A DNA stretch of 64,000 nucleotides from Fibrobacteria bacterium (GTDB lineage Bacteria; Fibrobacterota; Fibrobacteria; UBA11236), in the NCBI GenBank assembly GCA_043732185.1, contig JAYTHY010000046.1, forward strand, positions 96,001-160,000. The letters run 5' to 3'. The position numbers and the translations under genes are program-made. Shown in pieces: positions 19,809-29,708 of this stretch (positions are counted from its first letter, which is position 1; each line of letters starts with the position of its first letter). The notes under the pieces were generated by a model. It was not told where the DNA came from, searched no databases, and saw only the letters and a list, made by a program, of their open reading frames with translations.

Positions 19809-21517
19809 TTGGTTTGAGCCTCCAACACAGCTTGATTCCAATCGATGATGGTATAGGAATACCCTTGTTCAGTCAAGAACAGCTGCCGGTTCATTCCAAA
19901 CTCCTGTTCCTTGGTATCCTTGGTAATGATCGTATAGAAATGAGCCAAGGATCCATTCGCCTTAGGCCTAAGCACACGCCCCAAACGCTGCGCTTCCTCT
20001 TGCCTACTGCCAAAAGTTCCTGAAATTTGGATCAAAACATTGGCATCAGGAATGTCCACGGCGAAATTTCCCACTTTGGAAACCATCAGGGTTTCAATAA
20101 TCCCTTCACGGAACTCTCTATATAGTACTTCTCGTTCGGTGTTAGGAGTGGCGCCGGTTATAAGGGGCACCTTTAGCGCAGCTGATAGAGCATCCAATTG
20201 TTCCAAGTATTGACCGATGATTAGAATACGGTCTTTTTTATGCTTGGCCACCAACTCTTTCACAACCCTAAACTTTTCCAAATTGCAGGCAGCGAGGGAC
20301 ATTTTTTTACGCAGATCAGCCATGGCATAGGCCATTTTGTCTTCGCCACGCAAGCCTACGCGCACTTCCGTGCAAGTAGCCGTCGCAATCCAACCTTGCG
20401 CTTCCAACACCTTCCACGGCACTTCAAATTTTTTCGGTCCAATCAGCGAGAACACATCCTTTTGTCGGCCATCTTCACGGATTAAAGTCGCCGTCAACCC
20501 TAAGCGTCGGGTAGCCTGCATGTCCGCAGAAATGCGGAATACCGGAGCGGGCAATAGATGGACTTCGTCATAAATAATGAGTCCCCAGTTGTTCTTTTGG
20601 AAAATATCGAAATGGGGGAAATCCTCACTCTGACGTTTGCGATAGGTGATGATCTGATAGGTGGCCACGGTCACTGGTGCGATATGCTTGTTGTCGCCCG
20701 TATACTCCGCCACTTGGTCAGCCCTTAATGTCGTCTTGTCCAGTATTTCCCGGATCCACTGACGCGCGGCAGTCACATTGGTCGTTAAAATCAAGGTGTG
20801 ACAATGACACTTTACCATGCTCGCCAAACCGACTAAGGTCTTACCCGCACCGCAAGGCAATACAATGACACCCGATCCGCCTTTTTCACTTCCACCGGCA
20901 TGAAAAACCTGGGCAGCATCCACCTGATAATCCCGCAAACGAAGCTGTGGGCCCGTCAACATGGTATCGCGTAGACTCACCTCCAGCGGCGCCCCTTCCA
21001 CATAACCGGCCAAATCCTCAGCGGGGAAACCAATGTTGGTCAGCGCCATTTTGATCATGCCCCGAGTATGCGGAAATAGGCTCGCCCTGTGGCTATCCAA
21101 TGGCGTGTCGATAAAGGCTGCCGTTTGGCGATGGTGAAGAATTTCAGTCATCAAGGCCGCATCTAAGGTTTCAATGATGAGTCGACCGTCCTCGCGAACG
21201 ATACGCACTTGGCCATACCGCTCCATGAAGGTTTCCACTTCATGAACCAAATTGTGGGGCAATTCAAAACGCGAATAGATACGCAAGGTATCCAATACGG
21301 CCTTGGCACTATGGCCGGAAGACGCAGCATTCCAAAGGGATAGATGAGAAATGCCATAGGTATGCATGTGCTCCGGACTCTTGAGGAGTTCGGTAAACGG
21401 TGCAATTTTATCCCTGGCTTCCGCATACGTGGGATGCGCAACCTCCAGGAGTATGGTCATGTCGCCTTGTACAATCAATGGGCCATTAGGCGAAGCCCCG
21501 GTTTGGGTAGCGATCAA
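19805..21517 (-). CDS. XPB/Rad25/Ssl2-like SF2 DNA repair helicase
   Basis: N-terminal PLIVQGDMTILLEV...KSPEHMHTY, GVIVLPCGAGKT, DEVH, LGLTATLIREDG and QRLGRVLRPK; TTG start with a GAGGG RBS. Confidence 0.92.
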   Translation of the reverse strand: MIATQTGASPNGPLIVQGDMTILLEVAHPTYAEARDKIAPFTELLKSPEHMHTYGISHLSLWNAASSGHSAKAVLDTLRIYSRFELPHNLVHEVETFMERYGQVRIVREDGRLIIETLDAALMTEILHHRQTAAFIDTPLDSHRASLFPHTRGMIKMALTNIGFPAEDLAGYVEGAPLEVSLRDTMLTGPQLRLRDYQVDAAQVFHAGGSEKGGSGVIVLPCGAGKTLVGLASMVKCHCHTLILTTNVTAARQWIREILDKTTLRADQVAEYTGDNKHIAPVTVATYQIITYRKRQSEDFPHFDIFQKNNWGLIIYDEVHLLPAPVFRISADMQATRRLGLTATLIREDGRQKDVFSLIGPKKFEVPWKVLEAQGWIATATCTEVRVGLRGEDKMAYAMADLRKKMSLAACNLEKFRVVKELVAKHKKDRILIIGQYLEQLDALSAALKVPLITGATPNTEREVLYREFREGIIETLMVSKVGNFAVDIPDANVLIQISGTFGSRQEEAQRLGRVLRPKANGSLAHFYTIITKDTKEQEFGMNRQLFLTEQGYSYTIIDWNQAVLEAQTK

Positions 21518-21642
21518 TAGGCCCTCTTTGAAAGCCGCTAAATTACAAAAAAATGGCTGAAATGCTAAGGGATCGGGGCTTTTCGGCGGTTTTTCAGGGT
21601 TTTAGGATGTGGGAACAGGGGAAATGGACCCCTTGGGTCTGA

Positions 21643-23736
21643 TTAAAATGGCCGTACGTTTTTATTGATTTTGATGTTATCAAAAATTGTAGAATGCGAC
21701 ACCCAGCGCACGGTAGCGACCTCTTTAAATTGGGGTCCAAAATATAGCGTCTTTGGAATATAATCTCGATTCAGTTCAAAGGACTGTGAAACAGTGGACG
21801 AGTCTCTTTTTACCCCCACGAAAGTGAGAGAACTCTCATTCAGACGATTGAATTGGCCCACATCGATGGAAATAAGTCCGAAAAGATTGTCGTCAACGTT
21901 TAGCACTTGATTCATAATTTCATCCCTTTTAGTTAAATAATTTATGCCATCAGCTTGCCCATTGATTAGGCCCGTTGACCCATTGGAAGGGAACCCTTTA
22001 AGGCCAACAGTTCGAAATGGAGCGGCATTAAGAAAGCCTCCAGATAATAGCATGAATCCTTTTTCGTCATAATAGAAACCGTGGGAGAAAAGCTTATTGT
22101 CGGCGTGTGAAAGGGACTCGAAATCCAAATTCACGGTATCAGCGGAATCTTTTAGTCCAATGAAATTTGCCCTAAGCGCCTCTCTTTCCTTTCGAATAAT
22201 AGTGGGCATGGAAACGGAATAGCGACTGGTATCCGTGGGCTGATACATTGCATTCCTAATTTTACCCATTTCCTTTTCGTCTTTATCAATACCCAGGTGA
22301 ATGGACCAAATTGGCAGCATCCGTTCATAAGTAACCATATGGATAATTAGAGCTTCTTTATCAATGGATTGCCAACTAATTTGAGCTTGTTCCAAACCAA
22401 AATCCTGATTATTTACCCACTTGCCGGTTAATCGATCTACCAAAAGTAGGTAGGGGCGTATTTCTTTTCCATCAGGTCCAAGATTATATCCCGTACTAAA
22501 TGGTGTTTTGCGCTGCAAACGCATTTTAGGAAAGGGGTTGATACCAAATTGTATTGACGTTGGTTTATTTGGATTTAATCTACCCAGATCGAAATTACCA
22601 AGGACAATCATGTACCGACATCCCACACCCGAAATCCTAATTTCTACAAATCGTTCTGGACCGGACGCCTCGACAACGTTCATTTCAACTTGGTCCAACT
22701 GTTTCATCCAACCGTAGTCGAATGTCACAGCATCTTCAGGTCGATAAAAGCCCTTATCGGTAAATTTAGCCAAGCGAACAGGAATTTCTAATACATCAGC
22801 ATAAGTATGATATTGGTCTCGATTTAACACCAAGCCAAACCAGTCTTTGTACATCTCTTCTTCATCTAATTCGAAAAGCTCCCGTTTGGCTCGGTGGCTA
22901 AGTTCCAAAATAGATGCTTTTATTGGTCGTTTTACTTTGGTGAGACTTGAAAAAGGAATGACCTCTGCTGCGGCTAATTTCGAAAGTTCAGAGTATTTGA
23001 TATAGGGATCAAATCCTAAAGTTGGGTTTTTTATTTTTACGAGCAATCGATACAATTCGGGGCTTAATGAAAACCAACTGTGTACAAGTATTCGAAAGCG
23101 TTGCGACTGTTGCGGTGAAGCCTGCGTGGAATCAAACTTAGCATAGTATTTACTGTTTATTACGAGCTCCCACTTACCCGCGTCTAAACAATTGTTAAAA
23201 ACACCAGCCTGATAGGTTCGATTAACAGATTCAATGACATTCTTTCCGCTATTTTTGGCAAGTTTCCAGGCGAACGCGCCTTCCTTTTTGTAATAAAGAA
23301 TTCCAAACCTTTCGAATTCTTTGAGCAGAAATTCTGCGTATTTAATTCCGCTGTTTTGAGTAATGACTGGTACCAAATCAAGGAGGTCGACTGAATGAAG
23401 AATAAAGGTATTGCCAGCATCCGTCTTAAATTCCAATTCAACCAAAGCCTTGGTTGTTTCCTGGACTGGTGAAAGGAAAATGGATAGCTTGGTAAACTTA
23501 AGTCCTGCCATGGAATCTTGATATACAAGGTCTTTTTCAGCTGGGTCCTTGGCATAACTTAATACCGGAGTGTCGACAGTCAGATCAATTCGGTTCCCTG
23601 GTAGTGATTTAAAAAGACGGGTAAACTCCTCAATACCATTTTCACTCTGTGCCTTTTGAGATTTAACCCCGGTTCCTGGGCCTGAGCAGCCCAGCAAAAC
23701 CAGACAAAACAGCCAAATCCGATAATCGAAAAACAT
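21643..23736 (-). CDS. Hypothetical lipoprotein with a C-terminal jelly-roll-like domain
   Basis: Lipobox LLGC after MFFDYRIWLFCLV (alternative GTG start at 23799); AT-rich. The C-terminal ~165 aa (LDFESL...YDEKGF...LISID...FDNI) resemble the lectin-like body of PEP-CTERM proteins. Confidence 0.72.
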   Translation of the reverse strand: MFFDYRIWLFCLVLLGCSGPGTGVKSQKAQSENGIEEFTRLFKSLPGNRIDLTVDTPVLSYAKDPAEKDLVYQDSMAGLKFTKLSIFLSPVQETTKALVELEFKTDAGNTFILHSVDLLDLVPVITQNSGIKYAEFLLKEFERFGILYYKKEGAFAWKLAKNSGKNVIESVNRTYQAGVFNNCLDAGKWELVINSKYYAKFDSTQASPQQSQRFRILVHSWFSLSPELYRLLVKIKNPTLGFDPYIKYSELSKLAAAEVIPFSSLTKVKRPIKASILELSHRAKRELFELDEEEMYKDWFGLVLNRDQYHTYADVLEIPVRLAKFTDKGFYRPEDAVTFDYGWMKQLDQVEMNVVEASGPERFVEIRISGVGCRYMIVLGNFDLGRLNPNKPTSIQFGINPFPKMRLQRKTPFSTGYNLGPDGKEIRPYLLLVDRLTGKWVNNQDFGLEQAQISWQSIDKEALIIHMVTYERMLPIWSIHLGIDKDEKEMGKIRNAMYQPTDTSRYSVSMPTIIRKEREALRANFIGLKDSADTVNLDFESLSHADNKLFSHGFYYDEKGFMLLSGGFLNAAPFRTVGLKGFPSNGSTGLINGQADGINYLTKRDEIMNQVLNVDDNLFGLISIDVGQFNRLNESSLTFVGVKRDSSTVSQSFELNRDYIPKTLYFGPQFKEVATVRWVSHSTIFDNIKINKNVRPF

Positions 23737-23795
23737 ACAACTTAAGCGCTTTAATTGGTCAATTCCTATGGAACCAACCAACTGTAGGTGGCTGG

Positions 23796-24755
23796 TCACG
23801 GAAAAAAATGTAAAATGATGCTATCAGAAACGGTTACATGGCCGCGAACATCCGTGGCCCGGATCTTTAAAATCGCCGAGTCCTGCGGTGGCGCTTCGAA
23901 GGATAGATTGTATAAAGTCTGGACATTCAAATAACGACTGGAAAATTGGGTGGCCTCAGTTTTCACAACGCCATCCAAAAGCACCTCGATTAACTTTATC
24001 TCTATATCATCCGAGGCTTGAACAGTTACATTGACAGGAGCGGTAATGGCTATTCTCGTACCCGTAGCCGGACTCAGGATGCTAACCGCAGGAGCCTGAT
24101 CAGGTAAGGCATTGAACTTGTAGTCATAGCCTCCACTCGCATTTACTTCGAAGGAAAGATTGGAGAGCGCTAAATCAAAAGGATGGAATGGGCTATCGGA
24201 AAAGTTTTCGTAAACTCCGCTTCCGGTAGAAAGAGTAAAGGTAGAATCCAGGCTCAGATCCTTCGGGCCTTCCATGACGCCGGTTCCAGGGGAAAGGCCA
24301 GTCATGGTGTTATAGTTGTATCCATCGAGATGTAATTCACGGTATATAAACTCAATGCCGCCATCAGGATAAAGAACTACTCGGTAGGTCAATTTTATCC
24401 CTGTTGAGGAGCTTTTTGCGTTCAACATGGAGTTGACCCCATACGGAACGTTTCCATCACTGCCGAAGGTTAAATTGCCGCTATAGGTTAAGAACTCACC
24501 CCGTCGAATAAGGATGACTCCAAGCATCGTCGCTCCATCGACAATGGCAGTCATTGAATCCGAATGCTCCAAATTTCTGTGGCCATTGATTAACTTCTGC
24601 GCTGTAACGATAATCTTTCCTTCATCAGAAACAATTACGGAAACAGAAAAATTGCCTGCGACATCACTTACTCCACTTCGATTCCTAATATTTACTATGG
24701 CGCCAGAAACCCCGGTCTCGGCTTTATCCACAATTTTTCCTTGTACCAGGATCAT
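23796..24755 (-). CDS. Carboxypeptidase-regulatory-like + partial nidogen-like + Ig-like protein; possibly the frameshifted tail of the upstream LVIVD gene
   Basis: Paralogous to the last ~380 aa of 24752..28312 (LYPDGGIEF, TDVRG shared). No signal peptide or RBS; ATGA overlap. Confidence 0.65.
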   Translation of the reverse strand: MILVQGKIVDKAETGVSGAIVNIRNRSGVSDVAGNFSVSVIVSDEGKIIVTAQKLINGHRNLEHSDSMTAIVDGATMLGVILIRRGEFLTYSGNLTFGSDGNVPYGVNSMLNAKSSSTGIKLTYRVVLYPDGGIEFIYRELHLDGYNYNTMTGLSPGTGVMEGPKDLSLDSTFTLSTGSGVYENFSDSPFHPFDLALSNLSFEVNASGGYDYKFNALPDQAPAVSILSPATGTRIAITAPVNVTVQASDDIEIKLIEVLLDGVVKTEATQFSSRYLNVQTLYNLSFEAPPQDSAILKIRATDVRGHVTVSDSIILHFFP

Positions 24756-27700
24756 GGAGGCGGGAGCAAAAGAATTGTAACCGGAGTCGATAACGATATA
24801 TTTCCGCGAACGTCGGTTGACTTCGCTTGAACTACAACTGAATCAAGTATGGGACCTATGAAAGAAAACGAGTAAGGCGGATTAGTTAGCGTTTCCGAAA
24901 TAATGCCATCGATTAGAAGTGCGACCGACTGAACGGCAATATCATCATTGGAATTGACCTGCACATTGACAGGTTTGCCCTGAACAAATTCAGTCCGGGA
25001 TAATGGAGAAACAATAGTCACCGTTGGCGCCGCATCCCGCAAATACCCATAAGTAACATCATAATTCCCAGTACCATTTACATTAAAAGTTAGGTAGGCT
25101 AATCCGAGGTCAAAACCTTTGGGTGGCCAGGATGCGTCAAAAACCTCATAAGGTCCATTCTGGTCTGTCGAAGTAAAGGGTGCCTCTGCGGTATAATCGC
25201 GCGCACCTGCATAGCTGCCGTTGCCAGAAGTCAACCCAACCATTGGGCCAGACCAAGGCTGGATTTGCGGGTAGCTGAATTCAATGCCTCCATCAGGATA
25301 TAAGGTAGCCTGAAAAGTCCGTGGCGTTGAACCAGGTCTGGGCCAGTTACTCTGCATTTTATACCAAGTAAATTGAACTCTATCCGAATATTGTTTTACA
25401 TAAACGGTACTATCAAAATTAGGCTGCAATTCATCCCAAAAAGGGGCGATGATTGGGATAGACAAGTCGCTCCAGCGACTTAACTGTTCAAAGTTTGGAG
25501 AATTAAAGGATAGGTTACCGTGATAATTCACGAAGATTCTGTTATAGGTAATGCCGTAGAATGGGAAGGTGAATCCGTTAGCGAAAATAATTTCTTCAAA
25601 TGGATTTGCGGTTAAGGCTAATGGCATTCCTATATCGGTTGAATACCCCCCAATTTGCAGCAAAATATTTCCAACATTTGTTGTTCCACTGGCAATGGCA
25701 ATAATGGAATCTGAAGTGCCTTTTTGGTACCGGGTACCCATTTTTATTTGCGCCGAGGCCACCAGCTTTTTCTGATAGATTGTAACCGAAGGAATAGAAA
25801 AATAACCATTGGCATCACTGGTATCACTAGACCTGTCTACATAAACAATTGCCCCCTCAACTGGGTCATGTGTACTCGATAGAATTCTGCCCATCACCAA
25901 GGTAGTTGGACGAGGATTAACATGAACAATCACTAAGTTGGATGTGGTCTGGTTACCAGCCAAATCAAATGCCACTGCCTTAATTGAAATTGTTCCAATA
26001 CCATCTTTGACCCTATAGGTATGTTGAAAGGGAGTATTACGAACGCTAGTTACTAAGGCGTCATTTACATAGAAGTCAACCTTGGCAACATAAATATCAT
26101 CATAAGCAGATGCGGTAATCACAAAGGAATCGCCTTCCAAAACAGCAGTGTCAGTTCTTGGAGCATAGATCTGAATAACAGGGTGCACGTTTCCCTGATC
26201 ATTTTGGAGGAGATATTGTCCTATCTGTAGTCCACCCGGTGCGGAAACGCCATTCCTTACCAAGGTTCCCACGTTCGTCATATAGGCATACCCATTGTGC
26301 AGATGAACATTGGAAGTTTGAACCTGGCCCCTCTTAAATAAAAAGGTGGAAATGATTGGTGCAGTGCGATCAAAAACGTTAAAAATTGGATTTCGAAAAG
26401 TAGAATTAGCATCCGTGGACAAGGCAAAAGATCCTTCTACGCCAATATGCCTTGCCTGATATAAAGTAGAACTTGCTCCAAGAATGATTGGAGTAGCGGG
26501 ATTGCTAATATCAATCAGGACTATGCCCCCACCACTTCCAGGAAGCAATCCATCCGCAATATATGCGGTATTCCCAATGACCTCGACATCTGAGCTATTT
26601 GAGGTTAAACCGCCCGTATAAACTTGGCCCATTACTACCGGGTTAGTGGGATCAGCAACATTTATGGTCTGAACCGGACCACGGCCGCTGGTAATAACTG
26701 CGATAGAGCCAGAAACGGCCACGCCTGTCAGACTCCCGGCAGGATAATTGATCCGACCTAATTGAACCGGATTTGCAGAGTCTACGACCGAATAAATAGA
26801 CAAACCTAAACTGTCAACAACATAAGCCTTAGTACCTGAAACAAAAAGATCAAAGTTTATTGCTGGCGTAGTCGCACTTCCAAGGATTTCCGGTAGTGAT
26901 GGATTTGAAATATCTACAATAAGCAATTGGTTTCCATCAGCGACATAGGCTCTATTATTCACCACCTTGACATCATTGGCATTTCCCGGTGTATTTATGG
27001 TTCCTACGAGTATTGGAAGGGACGGAATCGAAATATCGACTATATGTAAACCCGCTACCCCAGAAGCCACATAGGCAAAATTCCCATTCACCACCACGCT
27101 ATTCGCATATCCAGTGAGGGGTAAATAGGAAAGTAATCGAGGAGAGAAGGAGATAACATCGGCTTGAATTTGCACGGTGTGTCCACTATTGGATATGGTA
27201 ATCGTATCAAGGCCTGGCCTCACTGCAAAAGCCTGCCCAGAAACTATTCCAAAATTAATGACATTCAAATTACTCGATATATAGGTCGTGCCTTTAAGGG
27301 TACTGGTCAAATTCAAACTTGTGCCATCACTCAATATTCCGGTAACTGTTAACTGACGCGTTACATCAGCGGGTTGAATGGTATTGGTAACTAGGGTAAA
27401 GTTTCGAGGATTTACCTGCAAAGAAGTCAAGGCTAATGCAAGGTTGAAGCTTAATGGGTCGGTGGGATTACTGCTCGTCAGAATTTCCAGACCATCACGA
27501 ATGCCATCCCCATCGGTATCAGGGGACAAAGGATTAGTTATAAATCCATCCGCTCCCGCAATCAATTCTTCACTGTCCGAGATTCCATCTCCATCGGTAT
27601 CGGCATTTCGGATGGCGGTTCCGGCCTGAAACTCCTGTAAATTAGTCAAGCCATCTCCATCTAGATCTAATGCGCCATCGAGGGGATCGTTTGGATTTAA

Positions 27701-28312
27701 ACCTTGCGCGATTTCATAATCATTGGGCATGCCATCCCCATCTGCATCCGTTCCAGTGGATACGGTGATGAAAATGGTTTTGAGAATGGATTCGTATGAG
27801 GCTGTAATCAGGACTCTTCCGCTTGAAACAGCTGTAACAAGGCCATTCGAGTCGATGGTGGCTACAGAGCGGTTGGTGCTTAGGTAGGTTATGCCAGAAT
27901 CGGATCGAGTTACGTTTTTGGTAGAGCCATTGGGCATGGTAGCGATAACGGAAAGTTGGGTGGTGGCGCCGATGGCACTGAGGACGGGGTTTGCGGTTGA
28001 GAGAGTGATATTGGTGGGGACGCGAATTTCAGGCTTGAATTTTATGGAGTCGCTGCCATTGCCTACATTCGCAAGTACTGAAATTATGGAAGATTCACCA
28101 TAGCGTGTCCCAGTGGAGTCTTTGCAGGTGGCCCTAACTCGTGCGCGGCTAACGCCTGCAGGCACATTGAATATTTGATACGAGCCATCGCTCTGTACCT
28201 TGGCAGTTCGATTCAAGATGGAAACCACGCAATTGGTATCCAGTTGCTGGGCATTGAGGAGTGCCGCCGTATACCTAAGCGCGATGATTAAGATTAATAT
28301 CAATTTATTCAC
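24752..28312 (-). CDS. Large secreted Ig-like / TSP3-type Ca-binding / LVIVD-repeat / nidogen-like surface protein
   Basis: GTG start with an AGGGAAG RBS; signal peptide. Big_2-like domains, repeated DxDGDG motifs, LVIVD repeats (AYVASGVAGLHIVDIS, AYVADGNQLLIVDIS), and FTFPFYG...IAPFWDEL (NIDO-like). Confidence 0.85.
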   Translation of the reverse strand: MNKLILILIIALRYTAALLNAQQLDTNCVVSILNRTAKVQSDGSYQIFNVPAGVSRARVRATCKDSTGTRYGESSIISVLANVGNGSDSIKFKPEIRVPTNITLSTANPVLSAIGATTQLSVIATMPNGSTKNVTRSDSGITYLSTNRSVATIDSNGLVTAVSSGRVLITASYESILKTIFITVSTGTDADGDGMPNDYEIAQGLNPNDPLDGALDLDGDGLTNLQEFQAGTAIRNADTDGDGISDSEELIAGADGFITNPLSPDTDGDGIRDGLEILTSSNPTDPLSFNLALALTSLQVNPRNFTLVTNTIQPADVTRQLTVTGILSDGTSLNLTSTLKGTTYISSNLNVINFGIVSGQAFAVRPGLDTITISNSGHTVQIQADVISFSPRLLSYLPLTGYANSVVVNGNFAYVASGVAGLHIVDISIPSLPILVGTINTPGNANDVKVVNNRAYVADGNQLLIVDISNPSLPEILGSATTPAINFDLFVSGTKAYVVDSLGLSIYSVVDSANPVQLGRINYPAGSLTGVAVSGSIAVITSGRGPVQTINVADPTNPVVMGQVYTGGLTSNSSDVEVIGNTAYIADGLLPGSGGGIVLIDISNPATPIILGASSTLYQARHIGVEGSFALSTDANSTFRNPIFNVFDRTAPIISTFLFKRGQVQTSNVHLHNGYAYMTNVGTLVRNGVSAPGGLQIGQYLLQNDQGNVHPVIQIYAPRTDTAVLEGDSFVITASAYDDIYVAKVDFYVNDALVTSVRNTPFQHTYRVKDGIGTISIKAVAFDLAGNQTTSNLVIVHVNPRPTTLVMGRILSSTHDPVEGAIVYVDRSSDTSDANGYFSIPSVTIYQKKLVASAQIKMGTRYQKGTSDSIIAIASGTTNVGNILLQIGGYSTDIGMPLALTANPFEEIIFANGFTFPFYGITYNRIFVNYHGNLSFNSPNFEQLSRWSDLSIPIIAPFWDELQPNFDSTVYVKQYSDRVQFTWYKMQSNWPRPGSTPRTFQATLYPDGGIEFSYPQIQPWSGPMVGLTSGNGSYAGARDYTAEAPFTSTDQNGPYEVFDASWPPKGFDLGLAYLTFNVNGTGNYDVTYGYLRDAAPTVTIVSPLSRTEFVQGKPVNVQVNSNDDIAVQSVALLIDGIISETLTNPPYSFSFIGPILDSVVVQAKSTDVRGNISLSTPVTILLLPPP

Positions 28313-28322
28313 TTATACTTCC

Positions 28323-28376
28323 CTAATCGTCCAAATTTTGGAATTCAAAAAATGGGATCCCAAATAATTTCAACAT
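28323..28376 (-). pseudogene. 5' relic of a third copy of the 207-aa tandem paralog
   Basis: AAAGGAAACAAGCAG-ATG TTG AAA TTA TTT GGG ATC CCA TTT TTT (MLKLFGIPFF) nearly matches the start of 29072..29695 (MLKLFGVPFF), then diverges and stops after 17 aa. Confidence 0.8.
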
Positions 28377-28411
28377 CTGCTTGTTTCCTTTGAAAAGGTG
28401 TCACAGTCTAT

Positions 28412-29035
28412 TTATTTCTTGTAAATTACTGAGGAGTCAGCATGTCGCAACATACCCTGCAGGTTTTGCATAAACCCGATGTTAAAATCACCGCCCTTCT
28501 TTTTATAAACCCCATGTGATTTCACAAAATACAGCGTCCTGAAATAGGATGGATCACCTTTAATATTTTTATAAAAAACAATAATCAAATAAGGTGTCTC
28601 AAAAACGGCCTTAATCTCAATGCTTTTCGCATCCTTCCAATAACCGAAAAAATTTTGTCTGTTTTTTCCAACCTTTAGCATGGAATCTATCCAAGGCCGG
28701 CTTGATTCATCGTGTAGCTCTAACATTTTCTCTTTTTCACCTGAAATTGCAAAAAATAAAAAATTGGAAACGGCTTCAAATGGTGTCTTTGGCGCGGCGA
28801 TCGGACTAGGCGAAATTTTTACAATATCTGAATCTGGAAATACCTGACCTAAAAAATGAACCTCTCGAATTTCCCTGGTAAAGAGACTTTCCTGTGCTGG
28901 TATTTGGTATTTCATGTACTCTTTTTTTGATTTATCAAATTTAACGATTAGGGAGTCAGGAGAATAATTTTGAAATTTAGCCGCCATAATAATCGCCGGC
29001 ATGAAAAAAAATAGATGTCCAAATAATTTCACCAT
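28412..29035 (-). CDS. Hypothetical secreted protein, tandem paralog B (NTF2-like pattern; candidate immunity or accessory protein)
   Basis: 207 aa, ungapped ~70% identity (hand count 145/207) to 29072..29695. AAGGA RBS, hydrophobic N-terminus, TPFEAV..F....SG.KEKM..L pattern. Confidence 0.85.
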   Translation of the reverse strand: MVKLFGHLFFFMPAIIMAAKFQNYSPDSLIVKFDKSKKEYMKYQIPAQESLFTREIREVHFLGQVFPDSDIVKISPSPIAAPKTPFEAVSNFLFFAISGEKEKMLELHDESSRPWIDSMLKVGKNRQNFFGYWKDAKSIEIKAVFETPYLIIVFYKNIKGDPSYFRTLYFVKSHGVYKKKGGDFNIGFMQNLQGMLRHADSSVIYKK

Positions 29036-29071
29036 TTTCTTATTTCCTTTAAAAAAGTTGGGATAGTCAAT

Positions 29072-29695
29072 TTATTTCTTGAAAATTACAGAGGAGTCAA
29101 CATGCCGCAACATGCCCTGCAGATTTTGTATAAATCCGACAGCAAAACTACCCGATTTCTTTTTATAAATCCCATTCGACCTCACAAAAAACAGCATTCT
29201 TAGGAAGGATGGATCGCCATTGACATTTTTATAATACACTATTATCAAATCAGGTGTTTCAAAAACAGCTTTAATTTCAATACTTTTAACATCCTTCCAA
29301 GCACTGAAAAACCTTAGGCTGTCTTTCTTTTGCTGAAGCATGGAATCCACCCATGCTCGACTTGATAATTCATGGAGCGCTACCATTTTCTCTTTATCGC
29401 CAGAATTCACAACAAATAAGTAGTTGGCAACTGCTTCAAATGGCGTCCTGGGATCGGGGATTCGACTAGGAAAAATTTTAACAATATTTGAATCTGGAAA
29501 TATCTGACCTAAAAAATGCAACTCTCGAATTTCTTTGGTAAAGAGGCTTTCATTTGCTGGTATTTGGTAGGTAACATAGTCTTTTCTTGATTTATCAATT
29601 TTAAAGATCAATGAGTCTGGAGAATAATTTTGAGATTTGGCCGCCACAATAATTGCTGGAATGAAAAAAAATGGGACCCCAAATAGTTTCAACAT
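29072..29695 (-). CDS. Hypothetical secreted protein, tandem paralog A (NTF2-like pattern; candidate immunity or accessory protein)
   Basis: 207 aa, starts 13 nt after the stop of the giant gene, with an AAGGA RBS; very AT-rich. Confidence 0.85.
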   Translation of the reverse strand: MLKLFGVPFFFIPAIIVAAKSQNYSPDSLIFKIDKSRKDYVTYQIPANESLFTKEIRELHFLGQIFPDSNIVKIFPSRIPDPRTPFEAVANYLFVVNSGDKEKMVALHELSSRAWVDSMLQQKKDSLRFFSAWKDVKSIEIKAVFETPDLIIVYYKNVNGDPSFLRMLFFVRSNGIYKKKSGSFAVGFIQNLQGMLRHVDSSVIFKK

Positions 29696-29708
29696 TTTCT
29701 TATTTCCT

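Noticed and set aside
23737..23799. GTG-started extension TSHLQLVGSIGIDQ as the lipoprotein N-terminus or as a further LVIVD remnant
   Set aside because: The lipoprotein signal fits the ATG at 23736 better, and the resemblance to an LVIVD repeat is too short to support.
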